Source: Polynucleobacter sp. (GTDB lineage Bacteria; Pseudomonadota; Gammaproteobacteria; Burkholderiales; Burkholderiaceae_D). From it: DNA of 64,000 nucleotides. The translations under genes were made by a program, and so were the position numbers. Of the stretch, positions 1-9,384 are shown piece by piece (positions within the stretch are counted from its first letter, which is position 1; each line of letters begins with the position of its first letter). The notes below the pieces were generated by a model that saw nothing but the letters and a program-made list of their open reading frames with translations, did not search any database and was not told the DNA's origin. Where the stretch lies: assembly GCA_021737945.1 (NCBI GenBank), contig JAIPCX010000012.1:6665-70664 (forward strand), in the 5' to 3' direction.

Positions 1-809
1 AAGGGCAATCCAAGATGCAAGGTAATTGGGGCGAGTTAGTTCTTGAAAATGTACTGGCACGTTCTGGCCTTCAAGCCGATCGCGATTATCGACGCGAAGT
101 CAGTTTCACTACCGAGTCGGGTAGGCAGCGGCCGGATGTGATCGTTTATCTTCCACAGCAAAAGCATTTGATCATTGACGCCAAAGTGTCCTTGAATGCG
201 TATACACGCTATGTTAATGCCGATGATGAACTCGATCGTAAAGCAGCACTGCGAGAACACGTGCAAGCGGTATCGGATCGAATTACCGAGCTAGCTGATC
301 GTCGTTACTTTGATTTGGGTGAGCTGAACTCACCGGATATGGTGTTTATGTTCATTCCTATCGAATCAGCGTTTGTTGAAGCTATGCGCGCTGATGAGCA
401 GCTATTTCAAAAGGCGTTGGAGCGTAATGTATTAGTTGCTACACCGACCACCTTGCTGACGAGTTTAAACATCGTGCGTCAGCTCTGGCGTTTCGAACAT
501 CAGAATGCGCACAGTGCAGAGCTAGCCGACAGTGCATCACAGTTGTATCAAAAATTTCTGGGCTTTATCAGCTCTATGGAAGATCTGGGACGCAAGCTCG
601 ATTCAGCCAAAGCAAGTTTCACAACAGCGTATTCGCAACTCTACAGCGGGCGTGGAAACCTAATTAAGCGCGCCAAAGATTTTGAACGTTTGGGCGTGGC
701 TGTTCAGAAGGAATTACCCCAAGACTTGGTCGATAAGGCCGAGCTAGAGTTGGACTACCTTCCTTCTGTTGACGAGCTAAATAGCGACGACAAAGACCGA
801 GCGGCCTGA
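1..809 (+). CDS. rmuC: DNA recombination protein RmuC, C-terminal part (5' end outside window)
   Basis: The frame of ORF 15..809 stays open back to base 3. The translation (...KMQGNWGELVLENVL...RPDVIVYLP...IIDAKVSL...) matches the conserved RmuC core as I remember it from E. coli RmuC. Confidence 0.85.
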   Translation, partial: GQSKMQGNWGELVLENVLARSGLQADRDYRREVSFTTESGRQRPDVIVYLPQQKHLIIDAKVSLNAYTRYVNADDELDRKAALREHVQAVSDRITELADRRYFDLGELNSPDMVFMFIPIESAFVEAMRADEQLFQKALERNVLVATPTTLLTSLNIVRQLWRFEHQNAHSAELADSASQLYQKFLGFISSMEDLGRKLDSAKASFTTAYSQLYSGRGNLIKRAKDFERLGVAVQKELPQDLVDKAELELDYLPSVDELNSDDKDRAA

Positions 810-881
810 CAACGCGCCTATGAATCACGCTTGATGCATTCCAGGGGGTGAAGTCCTTCGCTAGCTAGCTACAGTATGGCT

Positions 882-2111
882 TCAGGGTGCATTGACCAAA
901 GCGGGTATCTGTAGATATCCGCGAAACCTCACGCGACCACCACGTCGGGGTGAGCCAGCTAAAGCGTAGTTGGGAAAACGCTTGATGAAGCGTCCGATCG
1001 CGATTTGTCCTTCCAGCCGTGCCAGACTCATACCAGCGCAAGCGTGGGTACCACTGGCGAATGCCAGATGACGATTCGGTGTGCGTGCTATATCGAAAAT
1101 CTCTGGATCATTAAATTGAGAAGGATCACGATTTGCCGCACCAATACACAACGTGACTCGCGTTTGGGGTGGCATGGTAATACCACCGACCTCAACCGTC
1201 TCGGTGGTGATGCGATTGCCGAGTTGATTCGAGCTTTCAAAACGCAGCATTTCTTCGACAGCTAATTTGATTAAGTCGGGTTGCTTTAGTAATTGCTCGC
1301 GTTGGCTTGTATATTCAGCTAAACAAACTAAGCCATTACCAATCAAATTGGTTGTGGTTTCGTGACCCGCATTAAGCAAAAAAATACAATTGTGAATGAG
1401 CTCTTTGGGGCTGAGTTTTTCTCCATCGGCTTCACCGAGTATGAGTCGGGTTAACACATCGATTTCTGGATTGCCTGGATTGGCACGGCGCCGCGCTATC
1501 AGATCGTTCAGGTAGTTGATAAATTCAGTCACAGCGCGATTACCGCGTTCAGCCACATCGGTACTCAAAACAGGTTCAAGCGCGCCTAATATGGCTAATG
1601 ACCATTCGCGCAAGGGGCCTCGTTCATCAACGGGCACATCTAGCAAATTACCTATTACCTCAATCGGTATTGCGGATGCAAAGTCTTCGATCAAATCGAC
1701 ATCACGTTTGTCTTCCATGCGGTCTAGCAGGGTATCCACCAAGCGTATCAATCCGTTTTCCATGCCCGCGATGGCACGTGGGGTAAGTGCACCTGAGATT
1801 AATTTTCGAACACGCGTGTGCAAAGGTGGATCAGAAAATACCAAACTCGTAGTGTGATGCTCATACAGAGGCGAGTTGCCGTACTTGGGCTTAAATTCCA
1901 GTTTTTTATCCGAGCTGAAGCTCTTAGGATTTTTGTAGATCGCCACTAGATCGTCGTAGCGGGTTAAGAAGTAGCTGCCGTCCCCCATGGGCTTTACTGG
2001 TGCGTGTTCGCGCAAAGCCCGATAGATGGGGTAGGGGTTGTCGTGAAATCCGCTGGGTAAATGCGATAGCTCGAAGGTCTCTGCAATCTGCTCAGCGTGG
2101 TTCGTGCTCAT
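882..2111 (-). CDS. cytochrome P450 (class I bacterial type), no adjacent ferredoxin or reductase
   Basis: 409 aa. It has the heme-thiolate loop FASGTHACAGMSL (FxxGxHxCxG), an I-helix AGHETT and an ExxR motif (EEMLR). Confidence 0.9.
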   Translation of the reverse strand: MSTNHAEQIAETFELSHLPSGFHDNPYPIYRALREHAPVKPMGDGSYFLTRYDDLVAIYKNPKSFSSDKKLEFKPKYGNSPLYEHHTTSLVFSDPPLHTRVRKLISGALTPRAIAGMENGLIRLVDTLLDRMEDKRDVDLIEDFASAIPIEVIGNLLDVPVDERGPLREWSLAILGALEPVLSTDVAERGNRAVTEFINYLNDLIARRRANPGNPEIDVLTRLILGEADGEKLSPKELIHNCIFLLNAGHETTTNLIGNGLVCLAEYTSQREQLLKQPDLIKLAVEEMLRFESSNQLGNRITTETVEVGGITMPPQTRVTLCIGAANRDPSQFNDPEIFDIARTPNRHLAFASGTHACAGMSLARLEGQIAIGRFIKRFPNYALAGSPRRGGRVRFRGYLQIPALVNAP

Positions 2112-2214
2112 TGAATAATTCGCTAGGGATGGTGCCCCGAATTATAGGCTGCGTCTGGAGGCGTCTATCGTTGCGTTGATGGGAAATGAATTATCAATAA
2201 AATAATTTCGAACA

Positions 2215-2247
2215 TAAAAAAAGACGACCTCTTGGCCGTCTTTTTCT
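2215..2247 (-). terminator. intrinsic terminator downstream of pqqA (bidirectional-looking hairpin)
   Basis: The minus strand reads AAGACGGCC-AAGA-GGTCGTCTT followed by TTTTTT. That is a 9-bp stem with one G-U pair. The plus strand also has a T-run after the hairpin. Confidence 0.6.
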
Positions 2248-2297
2248 AAAAACCCTTGAAGCAGCCAACCTTGCGGTAAGGCTGCTAACCATCCGAA

Positions 2298-2372
2298 TTA
2301 ACGGTTGGCGATGTACATTGTGATTTCGAAACCAAAACGCAGATCGGTTGCTGCTGGTGTAGTCCAGTTCAT
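2298..2372 (-). CDS. pqqA: PqqA-type peptide (pyrroloquinoline quinone precursor family), 24 codons
   Basis: Hand translation of the minus strand gives [28 protein letters not shown] lies 6 nt upstream of the ATG. The peptide matches the PqqA pattern W-x-x-P-A-x-x-D-L-R-x-G-x-E-x-T-x-Y (compare Pseudomonas [23 protein letters not shown]), including the Glu and Tyr that form PQQ. It is too short to appear in the ORF track. Confidence 0.85.
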   Translation of the reverse strand: MNWTTPAATDLRFGFEITMYIANR

Positions 2373-2702
2373 AGCCATCTCCCAGTTGATGTTAATTATT
2401 AAATCGCTAAGCCAAGGGTTGGTCTAGCGAAGTGAATAATGCCTGTGAGTCACATCTAAGGCATCTGCGAAACGCTGAATTGCATCTAATGATTTTCATG
2501 AACCCGCAGGATGCTACCCGAAAGACAGTGCATAGACAGCGGTGGGTAAAAGCCTGCTGCTATGATGCATTCCACTCAATGCCTGTAAGTGATTAAAGGC
2601 GCCCACTGGATTTATGTTGCGCAGCATCAAAAAATGACTCTTCATTCTACTCCCGAAGCTTATCCCTCCGAGGCAGAGTTTTCTGCGTCTGGTAGTCGTG
2701 TC

Positions 2703-4067
2703 ATGAGCTTGCGCATGAAGATCAATCTGGTGTTCTCGGTGCTGACGTTTCTTTTGTTTGCCATTTTGATTGTGGTGCAGGTCGTAGGTACGCGAAATAG
2801 CGTGCGCGAAGAAATGGAAGCTTCCGGACGAATTGCTACGCAGTTATTAACGCGGATCAGTAGTTTTTATTCGCAAAATGATTTGCCGGGCATGATTAAT
2901 TTTTTGAGTAATACCGGTCGTGTGCGTGCTAATGATATTCGTCTTTATGATCAGAGCAACCACCTGCTGTATCAATCACCGCCGTCAATTTATAAAGCGG
3001 GCCGTAATGCACCGGAGTGGTATGCCGCGTTAGTCGCTCCATCTGACAACGAACGAGTGATTCAGATGTCCAATGCGCGGCTTGTTATTCAAACCAATCC
3101 AACGCGCGCGGTGCTCGATGGTTGGGATAACTTGCTTGATATATTGTTTGCTGAGCTGATCTTATTTTTGTTGGCCGACTTGTTGATTCTCTGGTTAGTG
3201 GGACGCTGGCTTGAACCTTTAGAAAAAGTGCAGCACGGTTTGCGCGAGTTGGGGCAGGGAGATCACAAAGTACGTTTGCCGCCACTCCCTGGTAAAGAAG
3301 CGGGTGAAATGGGCCGTGCGTTTAATCGTATGGCACAAGCAGTGGAAGATAACATTCAGGTCAGACAAGCTAGTGCGGAAGCGCAGGCCAGACTAGACGC
3401 GCAACGTGATTTTACAAAATTATTACATGCCCGTATCGAAGAAGAGCGCGCTGCCTTAGCGCTTGAGCTGCATGATGAGCTAGGTCAATCGCTGACTGCT
3501 ATACGCAGTATTGCTAAATCCTTGATGCAGCATCCGAATGTGGCGGGCAGCCCGATAGAGCAGCATGCAAATATGTTGTTTGATACCGCAGGCATGACAT
3601 CCGATGCTATGCACAGAATGATTCCTCGATTGCGCCCTATCAAACTTGAAGGTATGGGCTTGGTCGATGCCGTGCGCGATTTATTGACGCAGAGTAAGCA
3701 AAACACTCCGAATCTGCGTTTGGATTTAGCCGTTAGGGGTGAGTTGTCTGCCATAGCTGATGAGCTGGAATTAACGGCATACCGTATAGTGCAAGAAGCC
3801 GTGACGAATATTATTCGGCATGCTCAGGCTAGTCGTGCGCATGTAACGATTGAAGTGAGAGAAGGGCAGCTTCATTTATCCATTGCTGACAATGGCATTG
3901 GCGCGCAAACACTTAAGCGCGATGGTCATTACGGTGTGCGTGGTATGCAAGAGCGAGCAGAGTCGCATGGAGGAATGATTGATTTCAGACCTTCAAAAGA
4001 AGGTGGGCTAGAAGTGCAGGTGGTTTTTCCGTTGAAGCAAAGTAGTCAAGAGAGTGGCAAAGAATGA
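2703..4067 (+). CDS. sensor histidine kinase, NarX/UhpB-like (HisKA_3 family)
   Basis: ORF 2589..4067. I chose ATG 2703 (MSLRMKINLVF...) just before the first TM helix, but the start is uncertain. There are two TM segments and a HAMP-like linker. The H-box is LELHDELGQSLTAI and the ATPase boxes are EAVTNIIRHA and DNGIG. Confidence 0.85.
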   Translation: MSLRMKINLVFSVLTFLLFAILIVVQVVGTRNSVREEMEASGRIATQLLTRISSFYSQNDLPGMINFLSNTGRVRANDIRLYDQSNHLLYQSPPSIYKAGRNAPEWYAALVAPSDNERVIQMSNARLVIQTNPTRAVLDGWDNLLDILFAELILFLLADLLILWLVGRWLEPLEKVQHGLRELGQGDHKVRLPPLPGKEAGEMGRAFNRMAQAVEDNIQVRQASAEAQARLDAQRDFTKLLHARIEEERAALALELHDELGQSLTAIRSIAKSLMQHPNVAGSPIEQHANMLFDTAGMTSDAMHRMIPRLRPIKLEGMGLVDAVRDLLTQSKQNTPNLRLDLAVRGELSAIADELELTAYRIVQEAVTNIIRHAQASRAHVTIEVREGQLHLSIADNGIGAQTLKRDGHYGVRGMQERAESHGGMIDFRPSKEGGLEVQVVFPLKQSSQESGKE

Positions 4068-4705
4068 AAACTCCGATCAATGTCATGCTGGTTGATGATC
4101 ACGCCGTGGTACGTTTTGGATTCCGCATGCTGTTAGATGCGACAGAGGATATACGCGTGGTTGCCGAGGCTGAGTCTGCTGAGATAGCTTACCAGCTTAT
4201 TCCTACGGCTAAGCCGGATGTCATTGTGATGGACATATCGCTGGGTGGCACCATGGGTGTCGAAGCGACTCGACGTATCGTGGCGCGCGACAAGATGGCA
4301 CGAGTGTTAGGTTTGTCTTCGCATGAAGACCCAAGCTATGTGCGCTACATGTTAAAAGCCGGTGCGCTCGGTTATCTGTCAAAACGTAGTGCGCCTGATG
4401 AACTCATGCACGCCATTCGTCAAGTTGCCGAAGGGCGCATGTACATTGATAGTCAGCTTTCGCAGCGCATGGCACTAGAAGAATTCAACGGTGAAAAAAG
4501 TCCGATTGAAGTTTTATCCGAAAGAGAATTTGGCGTTTTCATTCAACTTGCCAAAGGATCTTCCGTCAATCAAATTGCTGAAATGCTAAATATTTCACCG
4601 CGTACTGTTGGTACTCATTTGTATAACGTTAAACAAAAATTGGGCGTAGCCAATCAGGCAGAGTTAGCGCTGATAGCGGTGCGACATGGGTTGATTGAGC
4701 TGTAG
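4064..4705 (+). CDS. response regulator, NarL/FixJ family (receiver + LuxR-type HTH)
   Basis: An ATGA overlap with the kinase stop suggests translational coupling. The receiver has MLVDDH and VIVMDISL. The C-terminal HTH is SEREFGVFIQLAKGSSVNQIAEMLNISPRTVGTHLYNV. Confidence 0.9.
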   Translation: MKTPINVMLVDDHAVVRFGFRMLLDATEDIRVVAEAESAEIAYQLIPTAKPDVIVMDISLGGTMGVEATRRIVARDKMARVLGLSSHEDPSYVRYMLKAGALGYLSKRSAPDELMHAIRQVAEGRMYIDSQLSQRMALEEFNGEKSPIEVLSEREFGVFIQLAKGSSVNQIAEMLNISPRTVGTHLYNVKQKLGVANQAELALIAVRHGLIEL

Positions 4706-5040
4706 GATTTGCTTAAATCAAGCATCGGCGCGCTTCACAAACCAGGCAGTTCGCTTATTGGCTGTCATGACCCGATGGCAAAGCCCCTAGCTCAGTCTAA
4801 TCCGGTTTAATCCGGTATCTATTCGGGTTTCACCAAGGCAGAAACTCGGCTCATCGCCATTTCTCTTCTTTTTTCAAGCTAGCTAAGTCAGTCTGCGAGA
4901 GCCCTTAGGGCTTCCAGGGCTCTGCGCCAGCTGAGCTAAATCCTAGTTCGGCAACACATCCATGTCCGGTATCATATCGTTTGTAGTGATTAATTTACGA
5001 CCCGTATTTAGACCAATAATTCTTATAAAAGGACAGGGGA

Positions 5041-6189
5041 ATGAACTACAACCAAGCCATTACCGTCGGCGATTTGCGCGACATCGCAAGAAAAAAACTT
5101 CCACGATCTGTTTTCGGCTTCATTGATGGCGCAGCCCATGATGAGCGGACATTGCGGGATAACGAAGGCGATTTTGCAAAAATTCGGTTTGCGCCGCGAT
5201 TTATGGTCGATGTCAGCCAGCGTTCCCAGCAAGTCGAGGTGCTGGGTAATACGTTTAATTCACCGATGATTCTGGGCCCTACGGGCTTGGCGGGCATACT
5301 CTGGCCCGAAGGCGATTTGGCGATTGCGCGTGCCACTCAGGCTAAGGGTATAGGATTTTGTCAGTCCACCAATTCCAATTGCAGTATCGAACAACTAGCC
5401 ACTCGTGCGCGTTCTGATTTTTGGTTTCAACTCTACATACAAAAAGATCGTGATTTTTCACGTTCATTGATGCAGCGCGCATGGAATGCGGGTTCGCGTG
5501 TACTAGTGCTGACGATAGATTTACCGCTTCCCGGGCCGCGTGAACGCGATCAGCGCAATGGTTTTACCGTGCCACCACGCATAGGCTTGGATAATATTTT
5601 TGATTATGCGAGCAAACTCGGTTGGTTGTTCCGGCTGGCGACTGGACCAAAATTCACCTTCGGGAATATCGATAATCCCGATGCACCGGCGCGCAAATTA
5701 ATGACCTTGGCGCAGTACGTGAGTGCTGCATTTGATCCTTCAGTCACGTGGGAAGATCTCGATTGGATACGGCGTGAATGGCAAGGAAAGCTGGCAGTCA
5801 AAGGGATACTGCGCGCTGATGATGCAAAAAGAGCGCAGGCTCACGGCGCCGATGCCGTCATCGTTTCGAACCACGGTGGTCGACAACTGGATGGATCACC
5901 ATCAGCGATTGCTGCGTTGCCTGCTGTGGTTGGTGCTGTGGGTGATAAGACCGACGTACTTATGGACGGCGGCATTCGTCGTGGTGGCGATATCGTTAAA
6001 GCGATGGCCTTAGGCGCGCGCGCTTGTCTGATTGGTCGGGCGGGTTTGTATGGTTTGGCTTCGGGTGGGCAGCCTGGGGTAGAGCGTGCGATAGGAATAC
6101 TCCAGCAGGAGATGGACATTGTGCAGGCGTTGCTGGGCGTGCCGGACATTACAAAGATTGATCCTAGCGCATTGTTCGAGGAACGTTAA
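5041..6189 (+). CDS. FMN-dependent alpha-hydroxy acid dehydrogenase (L-lactate dehydrogenase / glycolate oxidase family)
   Basis: 382 aa. Family motifs SNHGGRQLD and DGGIRRGGDIVKA are present. GGGGA lies just upstream of the ATG. Confidence 0.88.
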   Translation: MNYNQAITVGDLRDIARKKLPRSVFGFIDGAAHDERTLRDNEGDFAKIRFAPRFMVDVSQRSQQVEVLGNTFNSPMILGPTGLAGILWPEGDLAIARATQAKGIGFCQSTNSNCSIEQLATRARSDFWFQLYIQKDRDFSRSLMQRAWNAGSRVLVLTIDLPLPGPRERDQRNGFTVPPRIGLDNIFDYASKLGWLFRLATGPKFTFGNIDNPDAPARKLMTLAQYVSAAFDPSVTWEDLDWIRREWQGKLAVKGILRADDAKRAQAHGADAVIVSNHGGRQLDGSPSAIAALPAVVGAVGDKTDVLMDGGIRRGGDIVKAMALGARACLIGRAGLYGLASGGQPGVERAIGILQQEMDIVQALLGVPDITKIDPSALFEER

Positions 6190-6426
6190 AAAAAGGTTGA
6201 ACCTTCCGTGAATAATTTCCTTACGGTATAAATTTTATGACGACTATACGCAAAGTAAAGACTGCCTCGCAACATCAGTTTTGATTCAGCGCAAATAATT
6301 AGTTTTACGGTCGGTCTAGTCTGGGAACTGTTTAGCTTAGGTGATGTTGGTGCGGGGTGAAATCCTTGTCCCGATCATGCTTAGGCTGGCACTATCCAAA
6401 CTAAAGTGATCAAAGCTGAGGCGCGT

Positions 6427-6876
6427 ATGAAGCGTTTGCATACACACTACGATAACTTAAAAGTCGCGCAGAACGCTCCACCGGAAGTCATACGCGCGGC
6501 ATACAAAACATTAAGTCAAAAATTTCATCCTGATCGTCATGGTGGTGATCTGCGTTCTACAAAGACATTTCAATTGATTACAGCAGCGTATGACGTGCTG
6601 TCTGATCCGCAGCGCCGTCGTCAGCATGATGAATGGATAGCACGTACCGAACGACGTTTAGATAGAGAGGCGATGGCAGCACACGCAACGCGCGAACAAC
6701 GACCTTGGAACGGGAAAGAGCGACGCGCTCGATCGTGGCCATCGATGAAATCATCGATGCCGCCTGTAGCTACCGCAGCCATTTCTGGAAAGTTAAAAAT
6801 CCCGGCTAGGACACTGGCTTTGTGGACTGCGATGGTGATTACGACGTTGATGCTGCTGATGCTGTATCAGTCTTAA
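6427..6876 (+). CDS. J-domain (DnaJ-like) protein with C-terminal transmembrane anchor
   Basis: HYDNLKVAQNAPPEVIRAAYKTLSQKFHPDRH carries the HPD motif. The C-terminus is hydrophobic (LALWTAMVITTLMLLMLY). I chose ATG 6427 because GAGG lies 5 nt upstream; the track ORF begins at GTG 6406. Confidence 0.7.
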   Translation: MKRLHTHYDNLKVAQNAPPEVIRAAYKTLSQKFHPDRHGGDLRSTKTFQLITAAYDVLSDPQRRRQHDEWIARTERRLDREAMAAHATREQRPWNGKERRARSWPSMKSSMPPVATAAISGKLKIPARTLALWTAMVITTLMLLMLYQS

Positions 6877-7047
6877 CCCTATTTCCTGATCGTCGATCGT
6901 TGGTTAAATCATTCGATAATATCGATAGTCCGTTCTCACTCATGGCGCCCCTTGCGGCAAAATCATAGCCCTAGGCTGGCTCGGTTATAGTAAGCAATCC
7001 GCTGCAAAAAAGGCCAAGCGGCCAAAAACGACTTCAAGAAAGCGCTT

Positions 7048-8055
7048 GTGAACAGCCAGACTGAGGAGAGCATCATCACGGCCGCGCTTTTGCGCATGGG
7101 TCTGATCGATGCCGATGAACAGCCAGTAATCACCTACCTAACCGGTGGCGTGTCGTCATTGATCGTACGGGTCGATACACGACGCGGTCCCTTATGCGTG
7201 AAGCAGGCGCTACCTGAATTAAAGGTCGCAACGCTCTGGAGCGCACCTTTAGAACGTAGCCATGCTGAACTAGCCTGGATATCGCACGTGTCAAATGATT
7301 TACCTGAGGCCGTGCCCACTATTTTAGGTTCCGATCCATCTTCATTTTGCTTTGCAATGAACTGGCTGCCGCCGGAGAGTTATCCGGTATGGAAATTACA
7401 GTTACGCGATGGCATAGCTGATAGTGTCTTTGCAGCGGAAGTCGGGCGCCGTCTTGCCGCTATTCATTCTGCTACGGCGAACAATGATGCTCTAGCGCAG
7501 AGCTTTGCCAATGATGAGAATTTTTTTCAACTGCGATTAGATCCGTATTTTGGTGCGACGGCCAAAGTACATGTAGATTGCGCTGCATCGTTACACGAGT
7601 TGATTACCATAACAGCGAACAATAAACGCGCACTGGTGCATGGTGATATCAGCCCTAAAAATTTGTTGGTGGGACCGACTGGTCCGTTATTTTTAGATGC
7701 TGAGTGTGCTTGGTATGGTGAGCCTGCGTTCGATGCCGCTTTTTGCCTTTGTCATTTACTTGCTAAATGTCTTTGGCAGCCCGCTTCTAGCGACGCATTT
7801 TTAGCGTGCTTTGATGCGTTTGCAGCGGCTTATTTGCAAGGAGTTCGCTGGGAAAATCCAGCGCACATAGAAGCAAGAATTACTCGTCTGTTAGCGGCTA
7901 TTATGCTGGCGCGAGTCGATGGTAAATCGCCTCTTGAATATTTGAATGAGCCTGATCGCGAATGCCTGCGACAGTTTGCTAAAGCTAGAGTGCTATCGCC
8001 ACTTAGGCAATTACAAACGATTCGCGATGAATGGCAGCGTGAATTACAGAATTGA
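7048..8055 (+). CDS. protein-kinase-fold small-molecule kinase (APH / methylthioribose-kinase-like)
   Basis: 335 aa. The catalytic loop is VHGDISPKNLLV (HxDxxxxN). The metal-binding segment is FLDAECAWYGEPAFDAAF, which resembles the MtnK DPEFAFYGPxGFD segment. The start is GTG and is uncertain. Confidence 0.7.
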   Translation: MNSQTEESIITAALLRMGLIDADEQPVITYLTGGVSSLIVRVDTRRGPLCVKQALPELKVATLWSAPLERSHAELAWISHVSNDLPEAVPTILGSDPSSFCFAMNWLPPESYPVWKLQLRDGIADSVFAAEVGRRLAAIHSATANNDALAQSFANDENFFQLRLDPYFGATAKVHVDCAASLHELITITANNKRALVHGDISPKNLLVGPTGPLFLDAECAWYGEPAFDAAFCLCHLLAKCLWQPASSDAFLACFDAFAAAYLQGVRWENPAHIEARITRLLAAIMLARVDGKSPLEYLNEPDRECLRQFAKARVLSPLRQLQTIRDEWQRELQN

Positions 8056-8085
8056 ATTACGGCCAATTTTTTATCGAAATAAAAA

Positions 8086-9360
8086 ATGAACACACACATA
8101 CAAACAATTCATGCGCGGCGAATCTGGGATTCGCGTGGTCGCCCTACGGTCGAAGTCGAGGTAACACTGTTAGACGGAACGGTGGGCCGAGGCATCGCCC
8201 CAGCTGGTGCGTCGACCGGCAGTAATGAAGCGGTTGAATTGCGTGATGGTGGTAGCGCGCAGGCAGGTTATGGCGTGAGCCGAGCGGTAGCTAACGTAAA
8301 AAATGAAATCGCACCAGTGCTAGTTGGGCAAGATGCGGTGCATCAGGAAATCATCGACGGCGTGTTAGTTGAGTTGGATGGCACGCCTAATAAATCGCGC
8401 TTAGGTGGTAATGCGCTGATCGCCACCTCCATGGCGGTGCTGCAGGCGGCAGCGAATACACACCACATACCTTTGTGGCGCTATCTAGCAGGTGAGCAAG
8501 CGGTGCAGATGCCGCTGCCAGAAATTCAAATCTTTGGCGGCGGTGCGCATGCAGGCCGACGCATTGATATTCAAGATTTGTTGGTGATGCCAGTCGGCGC
8601 GCATAGTATGGATGAGGCATTGGCAATGGTAGCGGACGTATATCGCGCTGCCGGTGATTTGATGAGTGAAGCCGGTCGGCGAGCCGGTGTCGCCGATGAA
8701 GGTGGTTGGTGGCCAGATTTTGCAAGTAATGAAGAAGCACTACAAATGCTGACTAAATCTATCGAGAAGGCGGGATACAGAAACGGTGAAATCATGATTT
8801 CACTCGATATCGCTGCCTCGGAATTTGGTAGTGGTGGTGTGTACCGACCCGGCTTAGAAGGGCGCTCGTATAGTCGTGACGAATGGATAGAAGTGTTACT
8901 GCAGTGGTTAGCTAAGTATCCGATTTTATCGATTGAAGATCCGCTCGCTGAAGATGACACCGAAGGCATGATCGCTTTTACACAAGCCGCAGGAGCTAAA
9001 GTGCAAGTGATTGGTGATGATTATCTTGTCACGAACTCAGCACGGGTAACCAAAGCTTTTGAGCAAAAAGCCTGCAATGCAGTACTAATTAAACCGAATC
9101 AGGCCGGCACCATTACCGAAACACTCGCTGCTTTGCAAGCAGCTAAGGCCTGTGGATTTTCTACGATTGTTTCGGCGCGTTCGGGTGAATCCGAAGATGT
9201 GATGATTTCGCATTTATCCGTAGGATGGAATGCCGGACAATTGAAAGTAGGGTCGTTTGCGCGATCAGAGCGCATGGCGAAGTGGAATGAATTACTTCGT
9301 ATCGAAGAAGCTTTAGGTAGTGCTGCTCGTTATGCGGGACGTTCTGCTTTGCCGATTTGA
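8086..9360 (+). CDS. enolase-family protein (divergent phosphopyruvate hydratase paralog)
   Basis: 424 aa. The N-terminus is IWDSRGRPTVEVEV...PAGASTGSNEAVELRDGG. Metal and catalytic segments are present: DIAASEF, SIEDPLAEDD, IGDDYLVTN, LIKPNQAGT and KVGSFARSERMAKWNELLRIEE. The usual SHRSGETED segment reads SARSGESED here. Confidence 0.85.
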   Translation: MNTHIQTIHARRIWDSRGRPTVEVEVTLLDGTVGRGIAPAGASTGSNEAVELRDGGSAQAGYGVSRAVANVKNEIAPVLVGQDAVHQEIIDGVLVELDGTPNKSRLGGNALIATSMAVLQAAANTHHIPLWRYLAGEQAVQMPLPEIQIFGGGAHAGRRIDIQDLLVMPVGAHSMDEALAMVADVYRAAGDLMSEAGRRAGVADEGGWWPDFASNEEALQMLTKSIEKAGYRNGEIMISLDIAASEFGSGGVYRPGLEGRSYSRDEWIEVLLQWLAKYPILSIEDPLAEDDTEGMIAFTQAAGAKVQVIGDDYLVTNSARVTKAFEQKACNAVLIKPNQAGTITETLAALQAAKACGFSTIVSARSGESEDVMISHLSVGWNAGQLKVGSFARSERMAKWNELLRIEEALGSAARYAGRSALPI

Positions 9361-9384
9361 ACGACGATTTATTCGATCAACGTT

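Noticed and set aside
2161-2215. 16-codon minus-strand mini-ORF MFEIILLIIHFPSTQR between pqqA and the P450
   Set aside because: It starts inside the terminator U-run, has no SD and has no recognisable family. It is mentioned only because P450-RiPP precursors can be this small.
4785-4945. tRNA-like D-arm motifs (CTAGCTCAGTC on plus, GGATTTAGCTCAGCTGG on minus) and the direct repeat TAATCCGGT-T-TAATCCGGT
   Set aside because: I could not fold a complete cloverleaf on either strand: there is no T-arm and no matching acceptor stem. These could be regulator sites or a decayed tRNA or att remnant, but the evidence is too thin for a feature.
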